Shown here piece by piece: positions 32,258 through 41,489 of a DNA stretch of 45,016 nucleotides. This DNA comes from Hydrurus foetidus (lineage: Eukaryota). Every line of letters begins with the position of its first letter. Position 1 is the stretch's first letter. Where the stretch lies: NCBI GenBank assembly GCA_900617105.1, contig UYFQ01000569.1, forward strand, positions 1 through 45,016, in the 5' to 3' direction. Made by a program: the position numbers and the translations under genes. Under the pieces are notes generated by a model. The model was not told the DNA's origin, searched no databases, and was given only the letters and a program-made list of their open reading frames with translations.

Positions 32258-34291
32258 ATGTCGATGAAGACTCGTTCACAGCACGGAAGCGACAACGAGA
32301 TCTCGGACGGCAACCCTCCGACACCGCCGGAGATCACCGCTGACGACTCGGCAACTGCGCCAGTCATTACTTCTATCGAAGTAAATGAAAACTCGCAAGC
32401 GTTCATTGACGCCTTAGATAGGGCGCTGCTTCGGTTGATGGGCAGCAGAGATGATGCTGCGAAGGTCCCTGCCGTTTATGCGACAGGTGACATCGCAGCA
32501 AGGACGGATCAGCCCTATAGCGATCAATCCTCATCTCGTAACCCCTTAGATCGGAGTAGCGCCACAACCCCGACGCAGCAATCACGTAGGAGTAGAACAA
32601 TAAATGATCTAATGTCCACGGGTAGCCTAGAAAAAAATTTATCCAATGATGGTTACAGGGGAAACCCTCGCAAAAATTTTTCTACGCGTCGGGAAAATGA
32701 CGACGATAGCTCTTCCGAAGGAGAGGACAATGAACCGACCTCTCAATCGGATAGACGCCGCAAAAATAAATTAAAATTAAGTCAAAATGAATTACACGAC
32801 GCAAGTCGCAAGTCTACGAAGAAGTCAGACAAATCGTCTCGACAATCTTCACGGAAGTCCTCCAATAAAACATCAAATAACGACAATGTAGATAGCCCTA
32901 GGAATAAAGCTGACCTTGTATCGGGGAGCATAGAAAATAACGATAATGATGGGAAGGTAGATAGTAATTTAAATAATAATAGTAAGAAGAGTTCCTCGCG
33001 GAAAATCTCTCACAAACAAGGATATCCATCCGACTCATCGGACGAACCGTCTGAATCGTCACAAAAGAGCAAGGGCACTGCACGTCGCATCCCTAAACAC
33101 AAAAAGAAATCTACGGATTCACCAGATGACTTATCGTCATCAAGCTCTGACTCATCTAGCTATAATCATAAAAGTCACTATAAGGACCATAGCTCTTCTT
33201 CCTCCGACACGGAATATAGGAAGAAGAAACGTAAACGTAATAGACGCGTCAAGAGATCAAAATGGTTAGATACCTCGGCTGCTGCAATTCAAATGTTCAG
33301 CAACTCTCAAATCCACCCTAACTCTACCGACAAATTTTACCGTCTCCGGCAAATTCACTCCCTGTTAAATACTGTCGGACTCCTCACACTCGTGCAAGGA
33401 CACCGAACCCGCCCAATTCTTAATCAAGATAAGAATAAGCACGGATATAGGAAGCAGAAAGTACTCCCCTATAAACCACCAGTAGTAGCAGGAGTAGACT
33501 TATCCTTCACCATATCAAATACAAAGGATATCATCCTAGAAGAAGACGATATATACTATTATACATACGATGTTGATCGATTATACTCATTGTTAGATAC
33601 AATTTTCCATAAAGATTGCCGTCACTATGTCAGTAACGAGGCACATCAGGAAAGAGATGGTGTTATCGCATTTAATCAAATCATCAGCCATGTGTTTGGC
33701 CAACGCCAGCAAGACATCCAAATCGCTGAAAATAATATTACATTATTTAAAGTCGATCAAAATAAGACAGTACGTAGTGAATTCATTAGATGGGAAACAC
33801 TGTTCAATAATCTTTCATATGCAAATAACAAAAAGATTTCAAGTGAAACAAAACTCGCATTTTTAGCAAAACATTTTTCAGATGATGGTAGACCGTTAAT
33901 CGTCTCCTCATTCGCAGCCTCGATGAATAATCGACTCGGATATGATCTGACAATGGCGAATATACTCTGGGTCGCAGACGCACTCCCGCCACACCTTGCA
34001 ACAGTACAGTTAGCAGCGGTCAGGACTGCATACCAGCCCTCAGACCCATCATGGGATAATGCACAGCTAGCAAGCCTATACGGTACTAGCTCGTCATCAC
34101 AAGCGAAAACAGTAGATCCAAATACTAAATACATAGCTGATAAGAAAGCAGGCGAATCGCCGCAAGAAAAAACAGCACAGTACTGTTACGCATATCAACG
34201 TAACCAATGTAAAAACCCTACATGCAAATGGCCTCATATTATGCAGCCAAAAGGTGATAAGGGATACGATAATAATAGAGCGAAAAGATAA
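32258..34291 (+). CDS. gag: Copia-C Gag, 677 aa (long Ser/Lys-rich N-terminus, CCCH finger)
   Basis: Intact ORF just after the PBS; ERDGVIAFNQI helix like Copia Gags; CYAYQRNQCKNPTCKWPH. Confidence 0.85.
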   Translation: MSMKTRSQHGSDNEISDGNPPTPPEITADDSATAPVITSIEVNENSQAFIDALDRALLRLMGSRDDAAKVPAVYATGDIAARTDQPYSDQSSSRNPLDRSSATTPTQQSRRSRTINDLMSTGSLEKNLSNDGYRGNPRKNFSTRRENDDDSSSEGEDNEPTSQSDRRRKNKLKLSQNELHDASRKSTKKSDKSSRQSSRKSSNKTSNNDNVDSPRNKADLVSGSIENNDNDGKVDSNLNNNSKKSSSRKISHKQGYPSDSSDEPSESSQKSKGTARRIPKHKKKSTDSPDDLSSSSSDSSSYNHKSHYKDHSSSSSDTEYRKKKRKRNRRVKRSKWLDTSAAAIQMFSNSQIHPNSTDKFYRLRQIHSLLNTVGLLTLVQGHRTRPILNQDKNKHGYRKQKVLPYKPPVVAGVDLSFTISNTKDIILEEDDIYYYTYDVDRLYSLLDTIFHKDCRHYVSNEAHQERDGVIAFNQIISHVFGQRQQDIQIAENNITLFKVDQNKTVRSEFIRWETLFNNLSYANNKKISSETKLAFLAKHFSDDGRPLIVSSFAASMNNRLGYDLTMANILWVADALPPHLATVQLAAVRTAYQPSDPSWDNAQLASLYGTSSSSQAKTVDPNTKYIADKKAGESPQEKTAQYCYAYQRNQCKNPTCKWPHIMQPKGDKGYDNNRAKR

Positions 34292-37200
34292 TACACCTAA
34301 TATTAAACATACTCAGCCTCAAAATCCCAAAGTACCCTTTAATATTGACTTACCTAGAAATATACTTGACCACATCGGCCCTAAGGCAGGTCAAGGTTCG
34401 AATGTAGGACAATATTCTAATAATCAAAAAAGGGCTATTACCAAATTAATGTCACTACAACGTAACACTAATAATAGCAGTAAGCACGGAGGATTCTCCA
34501 ACTGGTCAAATATATCAGAAGCGCCATTTGAGTCAGCGCAAGAAAAACGTCAAGTACTAATGCGCGTACGTATCGACGAAGATTCACAAAGAATTCTTCG
34601 TACGGCACGACAAAATAAAGACATTGCTGATAAAAGAATTATGTATGACCACTTAGGACTACATGAAGAGACACGTAAATTGCATCATCGTTTTCTGATT
34701 AACAATATCGCAAACAATTATGAAGTACCAAATATTCCTCTACGGGGTGTGAACGCAGCTTTCTTGCATGCAGAAAATTATCAATACAATACACGTATGC
34801 CTGAATATGGTAGATATGACCAAACAACTTCTATCTTGCCTGGATCCTTTATACATAAAATAACAACATCTATTAAAGACGGTAAAGAAATACCAAATTA
34901 TTATACATCTTTACTTGGGTGGCATGTCAATAGACATGACGACAGACGTCCGGATATTACAAAACCATATACACAATGGTTAAGACTATTATATAGTATG
35001 GGCGCGTCAATGCTACAAGCATGCGTAGTCATGCCATGGAAGAAGGTAGAAGCGGATGTTCTCAAATATAATACATACAATCCATATCTAATTAATGGAA
35101 AATTTGAAACACCCCTACCAGCACATGAGCCTGGAGCATACTGGTCCCAGGTCCATAGTCTCGAAGAGTATGTTAGTGTACTGAATATTATAGACAGTGT
35201 AACATCATACAATTCAGTATTACACAACACACTATATGCTGATACGGTAATACACTCAGTCATATATGACTTCATGGCATTCACTGCTCAATACCTCGGT
35301 TTTTATCGTGACAACGATCCTATAAAAATAACAGTACTAAGACATGTACTTACACTTCAAATAGATGATATAGTTGATCCGATATTCACATGTCATGGTA
35401 TCAAAGAGCACTTTCAGCTCATCGCTCGTATTGGTAGACCTCTTGTTGATGAAATTAAAGTATCACCATCAACCCCAATGACATTAGAGGCAGATAGAAT
35501 ACTGAAGCATGAAAACTTAGAAGAATTCTCGCCTAAAGACGTTGCTGTACCAAAACACAGACCAATGTTTAATACTAAATATAAGAACATAAACTTTGGT
35601 ACTCGCTTCGTGCACCCAAAAGATAGAGAGGTTAATGAAGATCCTGTTGAAAAACATGATAACAAACCACCAAACCTTGTAGAACCACCTCCATTTGACA
35701 GTAGGTATCTACATATACAACGTAAAGAAGACATGCGTGTCATAAGAGCAATGAACGCTGCGCAACGTCCACAAAACAAATCACCATCGAATATGGAATT
35801 AGATTTTAGCTCTCCTGAGACCATTCCTAATGCCTCAGATAACGATCAAGATGACAACAAATCATTATCATCATCGATCACGAGTACTGATGACAGCCAT
35901 AAAACTGAACGATCTAGACTCCAAAAACTAACTCCACCACGAACGCGTGTTATTGATGAATGCGACATAGAAAATCCTAATGACGCCAATAAAAAACGTA
36001 CACTTCCAAACGCCGATGGAGACAAGAGAGAACACACATGGGAATCGAACTCAGATAACTCCAAATGCGATTACACTACCCGTCAGCCTAAAGGTAAAGC
36101 TAAGCTTAACAGCAATGAAATAGACAGTAACACTACTGCACTAGTCGAAACTAGCTTAGACCTCATACAACCGGATAGTGTAACCACACCCGCCAATCAC
36201 ACTGAACCGGTAACTAATGTAGAACCAGAAATTAGTAATAACCTGGATAACAGTACACCAGACATACTTAATACAATTGATAGTATACCTGTAATTACAA
36301 ATGTTAATACCGATGTACATACTGAATCACCAGCACTCCAATTTGTATATGGAGAAGAAAATGTTACAATTACTGACGGCACTGTAAATATTAATGAGCC
36401 TTCATTGTATCTCACTCTTCTTAAAAACGGTCAAATGCCACCTCTTGAAATCAACCCAACTTGGGACTATGAAGACTTCGATGGCCCTGACTTCAGAAGT
36501 ACACCGACTAACCCAAACCCATCGCAATATTACATCGACGGTGCGGGTGTCCTAAACATTATTCCGTTTAGTGCTCTAATACAAAATAATAGTAGGATAA
36601 TAGATGACAGGAGGCGATTTAAAGTCCCACGACACGTCGATATACCTTCCGACCCCAAAAATTCACCAAACATAAATAGGTTTGGGACAACGTTGGTAAA
36701 ATCAATGAACCTTCAAAGAAATCAAGTAATATTCGATTCAGGAGCATCTACATGCGCTACGTCAGATAAATCGATCTTGAGAAACATAGTCAATTGCGAT
36801 AACATCAAAGCATATCCTGCATTTGGACCTCCCGTACAAACAAAAGGAGTCGGCCAATATGGACCTTTAGGATTAGATATGATCCTTCTTGACGATATGA
36901 AAGAAACACTCGTTTCGATATCAGAACTATGTAAGGGTGGAATATTAGATAAACAAAATATAGTCGTCTTTACATGGGAAGGCATGAGAGCTTTTGAAAT
37001 GAACGAAGCATCACGCAGGGCAATGAAAACTCTCCATGATGACGGAACAGAAATTGTACGTGCGTATCAAGAAAATGGAGTGTACGTACTCAAACGAAAT
37101 GAAGAACTTTCTAACCCCAATAATAAGAAAAACACAAATACACTTTTCTTAGCGCAATTTAAACCTGTGTCACTATATGATCATGTACACCTCGTTACCG

Positions 37201-40148
37201 GACATCCCGGTAAAGAAGGTATGAAATGGCACTTAGAAAACTCAAGACATGCTAAGTACACAGAGTCAGACGCACAGCGTCAACGTGGCACATGCAAAGG
37301 TTGCGTCTATGGAACTATGACACAAATGGGTACCGACCATAATCGATTACACCGTGACATTCCAACACAACCTGGCCAATGCTTCTCGCTAGATGCATAC
37401 TCTCATACTAGTAAATCATTCAGAGGGTATAAATTCTGTGACCTATTTACTGATCTAGCCACACGATGTGTTTACCCTGTCTTCACAAAAGATAGATCAG
37501 CTAAAGAACTTTGCGAGCAAACAAATAAATTATTTAAACAACACCCAGAATGGTCATTTCTGAACGACAACAATACTCGTCGATTCTTTCGTCTTGATGC
37601 TGAAAATAATTATCGATCAGAGTTATTCCGCGACTTCTCTCACTCAATTGGGTACGCACTAGAACGTACTCCAGTTAGAGACAAGCACGCTAATGGTGTA
37701 GCAGAACGATCTGTCGGAATAATCACCGCTAAAACAAACGTAGCAATGCTTACTCCTGATACACAAGTGCCCCCAATGTTCTGGGATTATGCAATGGCGT
37801 ACGCATGCGTTACACATTCCTTTAACTTCTCTTCCGTTATCGGCACATCCCCATACACTAAAGTGACGGGACAATCGATAGACATAAAATGGCTACAACC
37901 ATTCTTTGCATCATGCTATGTCTTCATCCCATTAAAGGATAGAGGCAAACTAGGACACAAACGAGCATACAAAGCAAAGTTCGTAGGCTATGCAAACACC
38001 CACTTAATGTTTCCAAACTATTTTGTTATACCATTTGAAAATGGTCATTATAGTAAAATTAGAGAGAGTAAAGATGTAATATTCGACCCTACAATAGACT
38101 TCAAAATCTATACGGAAGACGAAGAACCGTATGATAGAGAATTCGTTAATACAGAACACTACATACCATTCCTACATAGAAAATCAGCACCTTTAGAATT
38201 ACAAGGACCTCAAGCACCACCACATGTTGAGGAGCCGGAAGAAACATTCCCTCCTGATTTCCCTATGGGATCCCAACTATTAGCACCACCAGATGAGGTC
38301 ATACAACCTCTACCATCCGATGACACTAATGCCAGTAATATAAATAAAGTACATGAACCATATGAAGATGAAAATGGTCAGCCTATTTACTGGTATAATT
38401 ATTTTGTACGAAATGACGAATACGCCAAAACTATGTGCGAAACTCAACATTTCTCCAAAATAGGAATAGAACGCGACCCTCGAGTGCCAACAACATTTCG
38501 ACAAGCCGCAATTATCCCAGCATGGAAAGAGGCAATAGACAAAGAATGTGAAAAATTCTCGAAAAATAGCTGCTTCACCTTAGCACCTTACACCGGCCAA
38601 CACCTCGTCCCAATGATGTGGACATTCACAATTAAAACTGAAGGAACATTTAAAGCTCGACTAGTAGGACGTGGTGACTTAATGATCCCGTTCGTCGACT
38701 TTAACCCTAATAAAACATACTGTGGGAACGTATCAGCTACATCTATAAAAATAGCTATTACTATTGCAGCAAAATATAAACTTACAATGCGGGGTGGCGA
38801 CCTCGAAGGCGCTTACCTCGTAACACGAGGCGATAAAACTTACCCAGTATTTATTAAAACCCCTGAGGGATATTATGTACCTCCTGGTATGTGTATTCAA
38901 GCCGTTGGCAACTGCTATGGATTCCCTATGTCTGGCCGTACATTCAGTATTGAGTTAGACGGGATTATATTCCTATGCGGTTACATGGTTACACCATGGG
39001 ACGGCAAACTATTCTACAAATGGAAAAACGACAAAATAATGATTATAATCGCTCATAGCGACGATTTTAGGTGGTTTGGAGATAAAAATGATATCTCAGA
39101 ATGGGAGCATCTATTAGCCACATTCAACAAACATAAATATAAAGTAACTGATTGCACAGACAAAGAATTCGTAGGCATCAGAATCACGTGCGATGATAAC
39201 TTTAACTACTACATCGACCAGACCAGAATGATAGAATCAATATTAGAGGGAATAGGAATGAAAAATACTAAACACGAAACACTCCCATACCCTCTAGACA
39301 AACTAAGCCTCTCCAGAGCAGACAATGCAACCCCACAACAACTTGCTGAGTGCAAAAAATTTCCATACCGTCGCATTGTAGGACAACTAATGTACGGGAT
39401 GGTACATACCCTAATGACAATAATGTACGCATTAAATGTACTATCCCGATACGGAAATAATCCTGGACCTAGACACATCGAGTTCGCGAAACACCTACTC
39501 AGATATGTCAAATATTCGAAACATGATAGACTAAAATTCAAAACTCATGACGGACCTACTGACATAAAAACAATGACCAACATTCTACAATTAAGATTCC
39601 AATGTGACGCAGATTTAGCTGGTAACCCAGACACTAAACACTCACAGACGTCATACTTAGGATACTTAGCTGACTCACTAATATGCTGGTGCTCTACCGA
39701 TCAGGGCAGCATATCTACATCAACCGCTGAATCCGAAATCAAAGCAGTTAACCACACACTAAAAGCAGAGGTCATAGCTAATAGAGGAATATTAAATCAA
39801 ATGGGCTGGACTCAGTCACCCACAGTAATTGAAGAAGACAATAAAGCGTGCGTAGATGCATCAATATTACCTCACATGACAAGAAACCTTAGGCATCTCG
39901 AATTAACAGAAAATTTCCTCAAAGAAAAATATGCTGATGGTACATGCATACTCATAAAAGTCGCATCAGGCGACAACAACGCAGATATAGGTACAAAGAG
40001 AGTACCGAGAGCTCTATTCGATAAGTTAACAGATACGATAATCGATAAATCACTCCGCGAAGTAAAACACAAAGTCAACAAGACTGTTATGTTCACAAAT
40101 AAAAATCAATACATCAGCCCCCAAATATATGATGGTACAATTAATTGA
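34254..40148 (+). CDS. pol: Copia-C Pol, 1964 codons: unknown N-terminal region, then PR-INT-RT-RNase H; +1 frame relative to gag
   Basis: VIFDSGAS; H-x4-H...CKGC; SLDAY/RLDAE/NGVAERS; FKARLVGRG, GDLEGAYL, CYGFP, HSDD; CDADLAG, TAESEI, EDNKA, ADIGTK. Confidence 0.95.
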   Translation: MIRDTIIIERKDNTPNIKHTQPQNPKVPFNIDLPRNILDHIGPKAGQGSNVGQYSNNQKRAITKLMSLQRNTNNSSKHGGFSNWSNISEAPFESAQEKRQVLMRVRIDEDSQRILRTARQNKDIADKRIMYDHLGLHEETRKLHHRFLINNIANNYEVPNIPLRGVNAAFLHAENYQYNTRMPEYGRYDQTTSILPGSFIHKITTSIKDGKEIPNYYTSLLGWHVNRHDDRRPDITKPYTQWLRLLYSMGASMLQACVVMPWKKVEADVLKYNTYNPYLINGKFETPLPAHEPGAYWSQVHSLEEYVSVLNIIDSVTSYNSVLHNTLYADTVIHSVIYDFMAFTAQYLGFYRDNDPIKITVLRHVLTLQIDDIVDPIFTCHGIKEHFQLIARIGRPLVDEIKVSPSTPMTLEADRILKHENLEEFSPKDVAVPKHRPMFNTKYKNINFGTRFVHPKDREVNEDPVEKHDNKPPNLVEPPPFDSRYLHIQRKEDMRVIRAMNAAQRPQNKSPSNMELDFSSPETIPNASDNDQDDNKSLSSSITSTDDSHKTERSRLQKLTPPRTRVIDECDIENPNDANKKRTLPNADGDKREHTWESNSDNSKCDYTTRQPKGKAKLNSNEIDSNTTALVETSLDLIQPDSVTTPANHTEPVTNVEPEISNNLDNSTPDILNTIDSIPVITNVNTDVHTESPALQFVYGEENVTITDGTVNINEPSLYLTLLKNGQMPPLEINPTWDYEDFDGPDFRSTPTNPNPSQYYIDGAGVLNIIPFSALIQNNSRIIDDRRRFKVPRHVDIPSDPKNSPNINRFGTTLVKSMNLQRNQVIFDSGASTCATSDKSILRNIVNCDNIKAYPAFGPPVQTKGVGQYGPLGLDMILLDDMKETLVSISELCKGGILDKQNIVVFTWEGMRAFEMNEASRRAMKTLHDDGTEIVRAYQENGVYVLKRNEELSNPNNKKNTNTLFLAQFKPVSLYDHVHLVTGHPGKEGMKWHLENSRHAKYTESDAQRQRGTCKGCVYGTMTQMGTDHNRLHRDIPTQPGQCFSLDAYSHTSKSFRGYKFCDLFTDLATRCVYPVFTKDRSAKELCEQTNKLFKQHPEWSFLNDNNTRRFFRLDAENNYRSELFRDFSHSIGYALERTPVRDKHANGVAERSVGIITAKTNVAMLTPDTQVPPMFWDYAMAYACVTHSFNFSSVIGTSPYTKVTGQSIDIKWLQPFFASCYVFIPLKDRGKLGHKRAYKAKFVGYANTHLMFPNYFVIPFENGHYSKIRESKDVIFDPTIDFKIYTEDEEPYDREFVNTEHYIPFLHRKSAPLELQGPQAPPHVEEPEETFPPDFPMGSQLLAPPDEVIQPLPSDDTNASNINKVHEPYEDENGQPIYWYNYFVRNDEYAKTMCETQHFSKIGIERDPRVPTTFRQAAIIPAWKEAIDKECEKFSKNSCFTLAPYTGQHLVPMMWTFTIKTEGTFKARLVGRGDLMIPFVDFNPNKTYCGNVSATSIKIAITIAAKYKLTMRGGDLEGAYLVTRGDKTYPVFIKTPEGYYVPPGMCIQAVGNCYGFPMSGRTFSIELDGIIFLCGYMVTPWDGKLFYKWKNDKIMIIIAHSDDFRWFGDKNDISEWEHLLATFNKHKYKVTDCTDKEFVGIRITCDDNFNYYIDQTRMIESILEGIGMKNTKHETLPYPLDKLSLSRADNATPQQLAECKKFPYRRIVGQLMYGMVHTLMTIMYALNVLSRYGNNPGPRHIEFAKHLLRYVKYSKHDRLKFKTHDGPTDIKTMTNILQLRFQCDADLAGNPDTKHSQTSYLGYLADSLICWCSTDQGSISTSTAESEIKAVNHTLKAEVIANRGILNQMGWTQSPTVIEEDNKACVDASILPHMTRNLRHLELTENFLKEKYADGTCILIKVASGDNNADIGTKRVPRALFDKLTDTIIDKSLREVKHKVNKTVMFTNKNQYISPQIYDGTIN

Positions 40149-40449
40149 ACAATACAAGATGTACCATATTAAATATACAATAATAAGTACAATAACAATT
40201 ATAAAATCGAATAATAATTAAAATGATATAACAATAGATATACACAAAATGTATAATACAAAATCCAAAAAGAACTCAAGTAACGCTCGACATAAGCTCA
40301 CGTTAAAAAGAGGATCCGATTAATACTACTTCACCCGCCCCGAGATAAGTTCGCCGGACAAGTACAAGACAAGAGCTGGATTCAAGACCCCAAGCCCAAA
40401 CAAGACGTCAAAAATATTCATTACATATGCAATTGTTGATTACGGGGTG

Positions 40450-40973
40450 TGTCGGCTTACGACTGCCATAAGTGCATGTTACAGCCGTATATACCGTTAA
40501 GTTAATCATCAATTAGCATTATAGATAAATCACATTTTAGTGTTTAAATGCATGTTAAGGAACACACAATAGCATACAGTCAAGCCGCTTCCTCAATGCC
40601 TTTCATATCGTATGTTATGCTATTGTTATAGTACCTCAAACATAGCCCTAGCAGACCCGGGTAACATTTAGTACGAGACTCATCACCTACCATCCCTCCA
40701 GTATGTATAAGTGTATGAACTACTACCTCATTTATCATATGCAGAGAATTATCTCCTGCGATCTGACATTTCGGGAACTGCAACGTCAGAGTAACTTCTA
40801 GACGTTTGTCAGGTAGATTGCTTGCCACCATTCGTTACCTTTTGTGTCGCCAACCAAGTTTCTAACTCATAATTAAACTATTTTCCGTTGCACGATATTA
40901 CATCGTGGGTCCTCACAAATCCAATTTGCTCTTGACCACGGCGCCGCGCTTATACGCTTGCTGCCAACTCACA
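40450..40973 (+). repeat. Copia-C 3' LTR
   Basis: Copy of 31675-32198; preceded by the short PPT-like ACGGGGTG and followed by TSD CATCT. Confidence 0.97.
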
Positions 40974-40978
40974 CATCT

Positions 40979-41489
40979 AGCTAACTTCATGATTCGATTT
41001 GAAGCACAGGTCCTTGCTTGCAGAGGGGCCGGGGTCCCTGAAATCACCGAGTCCAAACGTGCGTTGGATTTCGTATATAAACTGGACAAGGCAAGATACG
41101 GCAACATGGTGGGAGATATGCGCAACGCAGCAAATAGACTGGATCCAAACGCATACCCGCCGACGGTCATCGCCGCTGTCCGCATCGCAACCGGCTATGT
41201 GACAAATGACCCAGGGTTCTCACGGCCACCCGGCGCAGATACCGATACCCACACTGCTCTGGTAACAGACACAGACCATGCCGGTAAGACCGACGATCTG
41301 AAGCCAGCTGCGAAGGGGAAACCCGACACGAAAAAGAAAAGCAAATCCACCGTGGAATGTTTCGTGTGTGGAAAGATAGGGCACTACGCCAGGGACTGTA
41401 AGAAAAGAAGGGCAGTGAGAAAGCACTTCTGGCATCAGGGTCATCGGATAGCGACGATGGCGAGGAAGATATGGAGGGGGAGGATATAG
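40979..41489 (+). pseudogene. gag: Copia-B Gag, C-terminal half
   Basis: ALDFVYKLDKARY...AYPPTV...; CCHC knuckle CFVCGKIGHYARDC. Confidence 0.88.

Larger units (their letters stand above)
31675..40973 (+). mobile_element. Full-length, very young, divergent Ty1/Copia 'Copia-C' (9299 bp)
   Basis: 524-bp LTRs TG...CA; 5-bp TSD CATCT (31670-74 and 40974-78); PBS and PPT-like sites; PR-INT-RT-RH order. Confidence 0.97.

Noticed and set aside
40149..40449. env-like or extra ORF after Copia-C pol
   Set aside because: Only ~300 bp, AT-rich, with no ORF of 60 aa or more.
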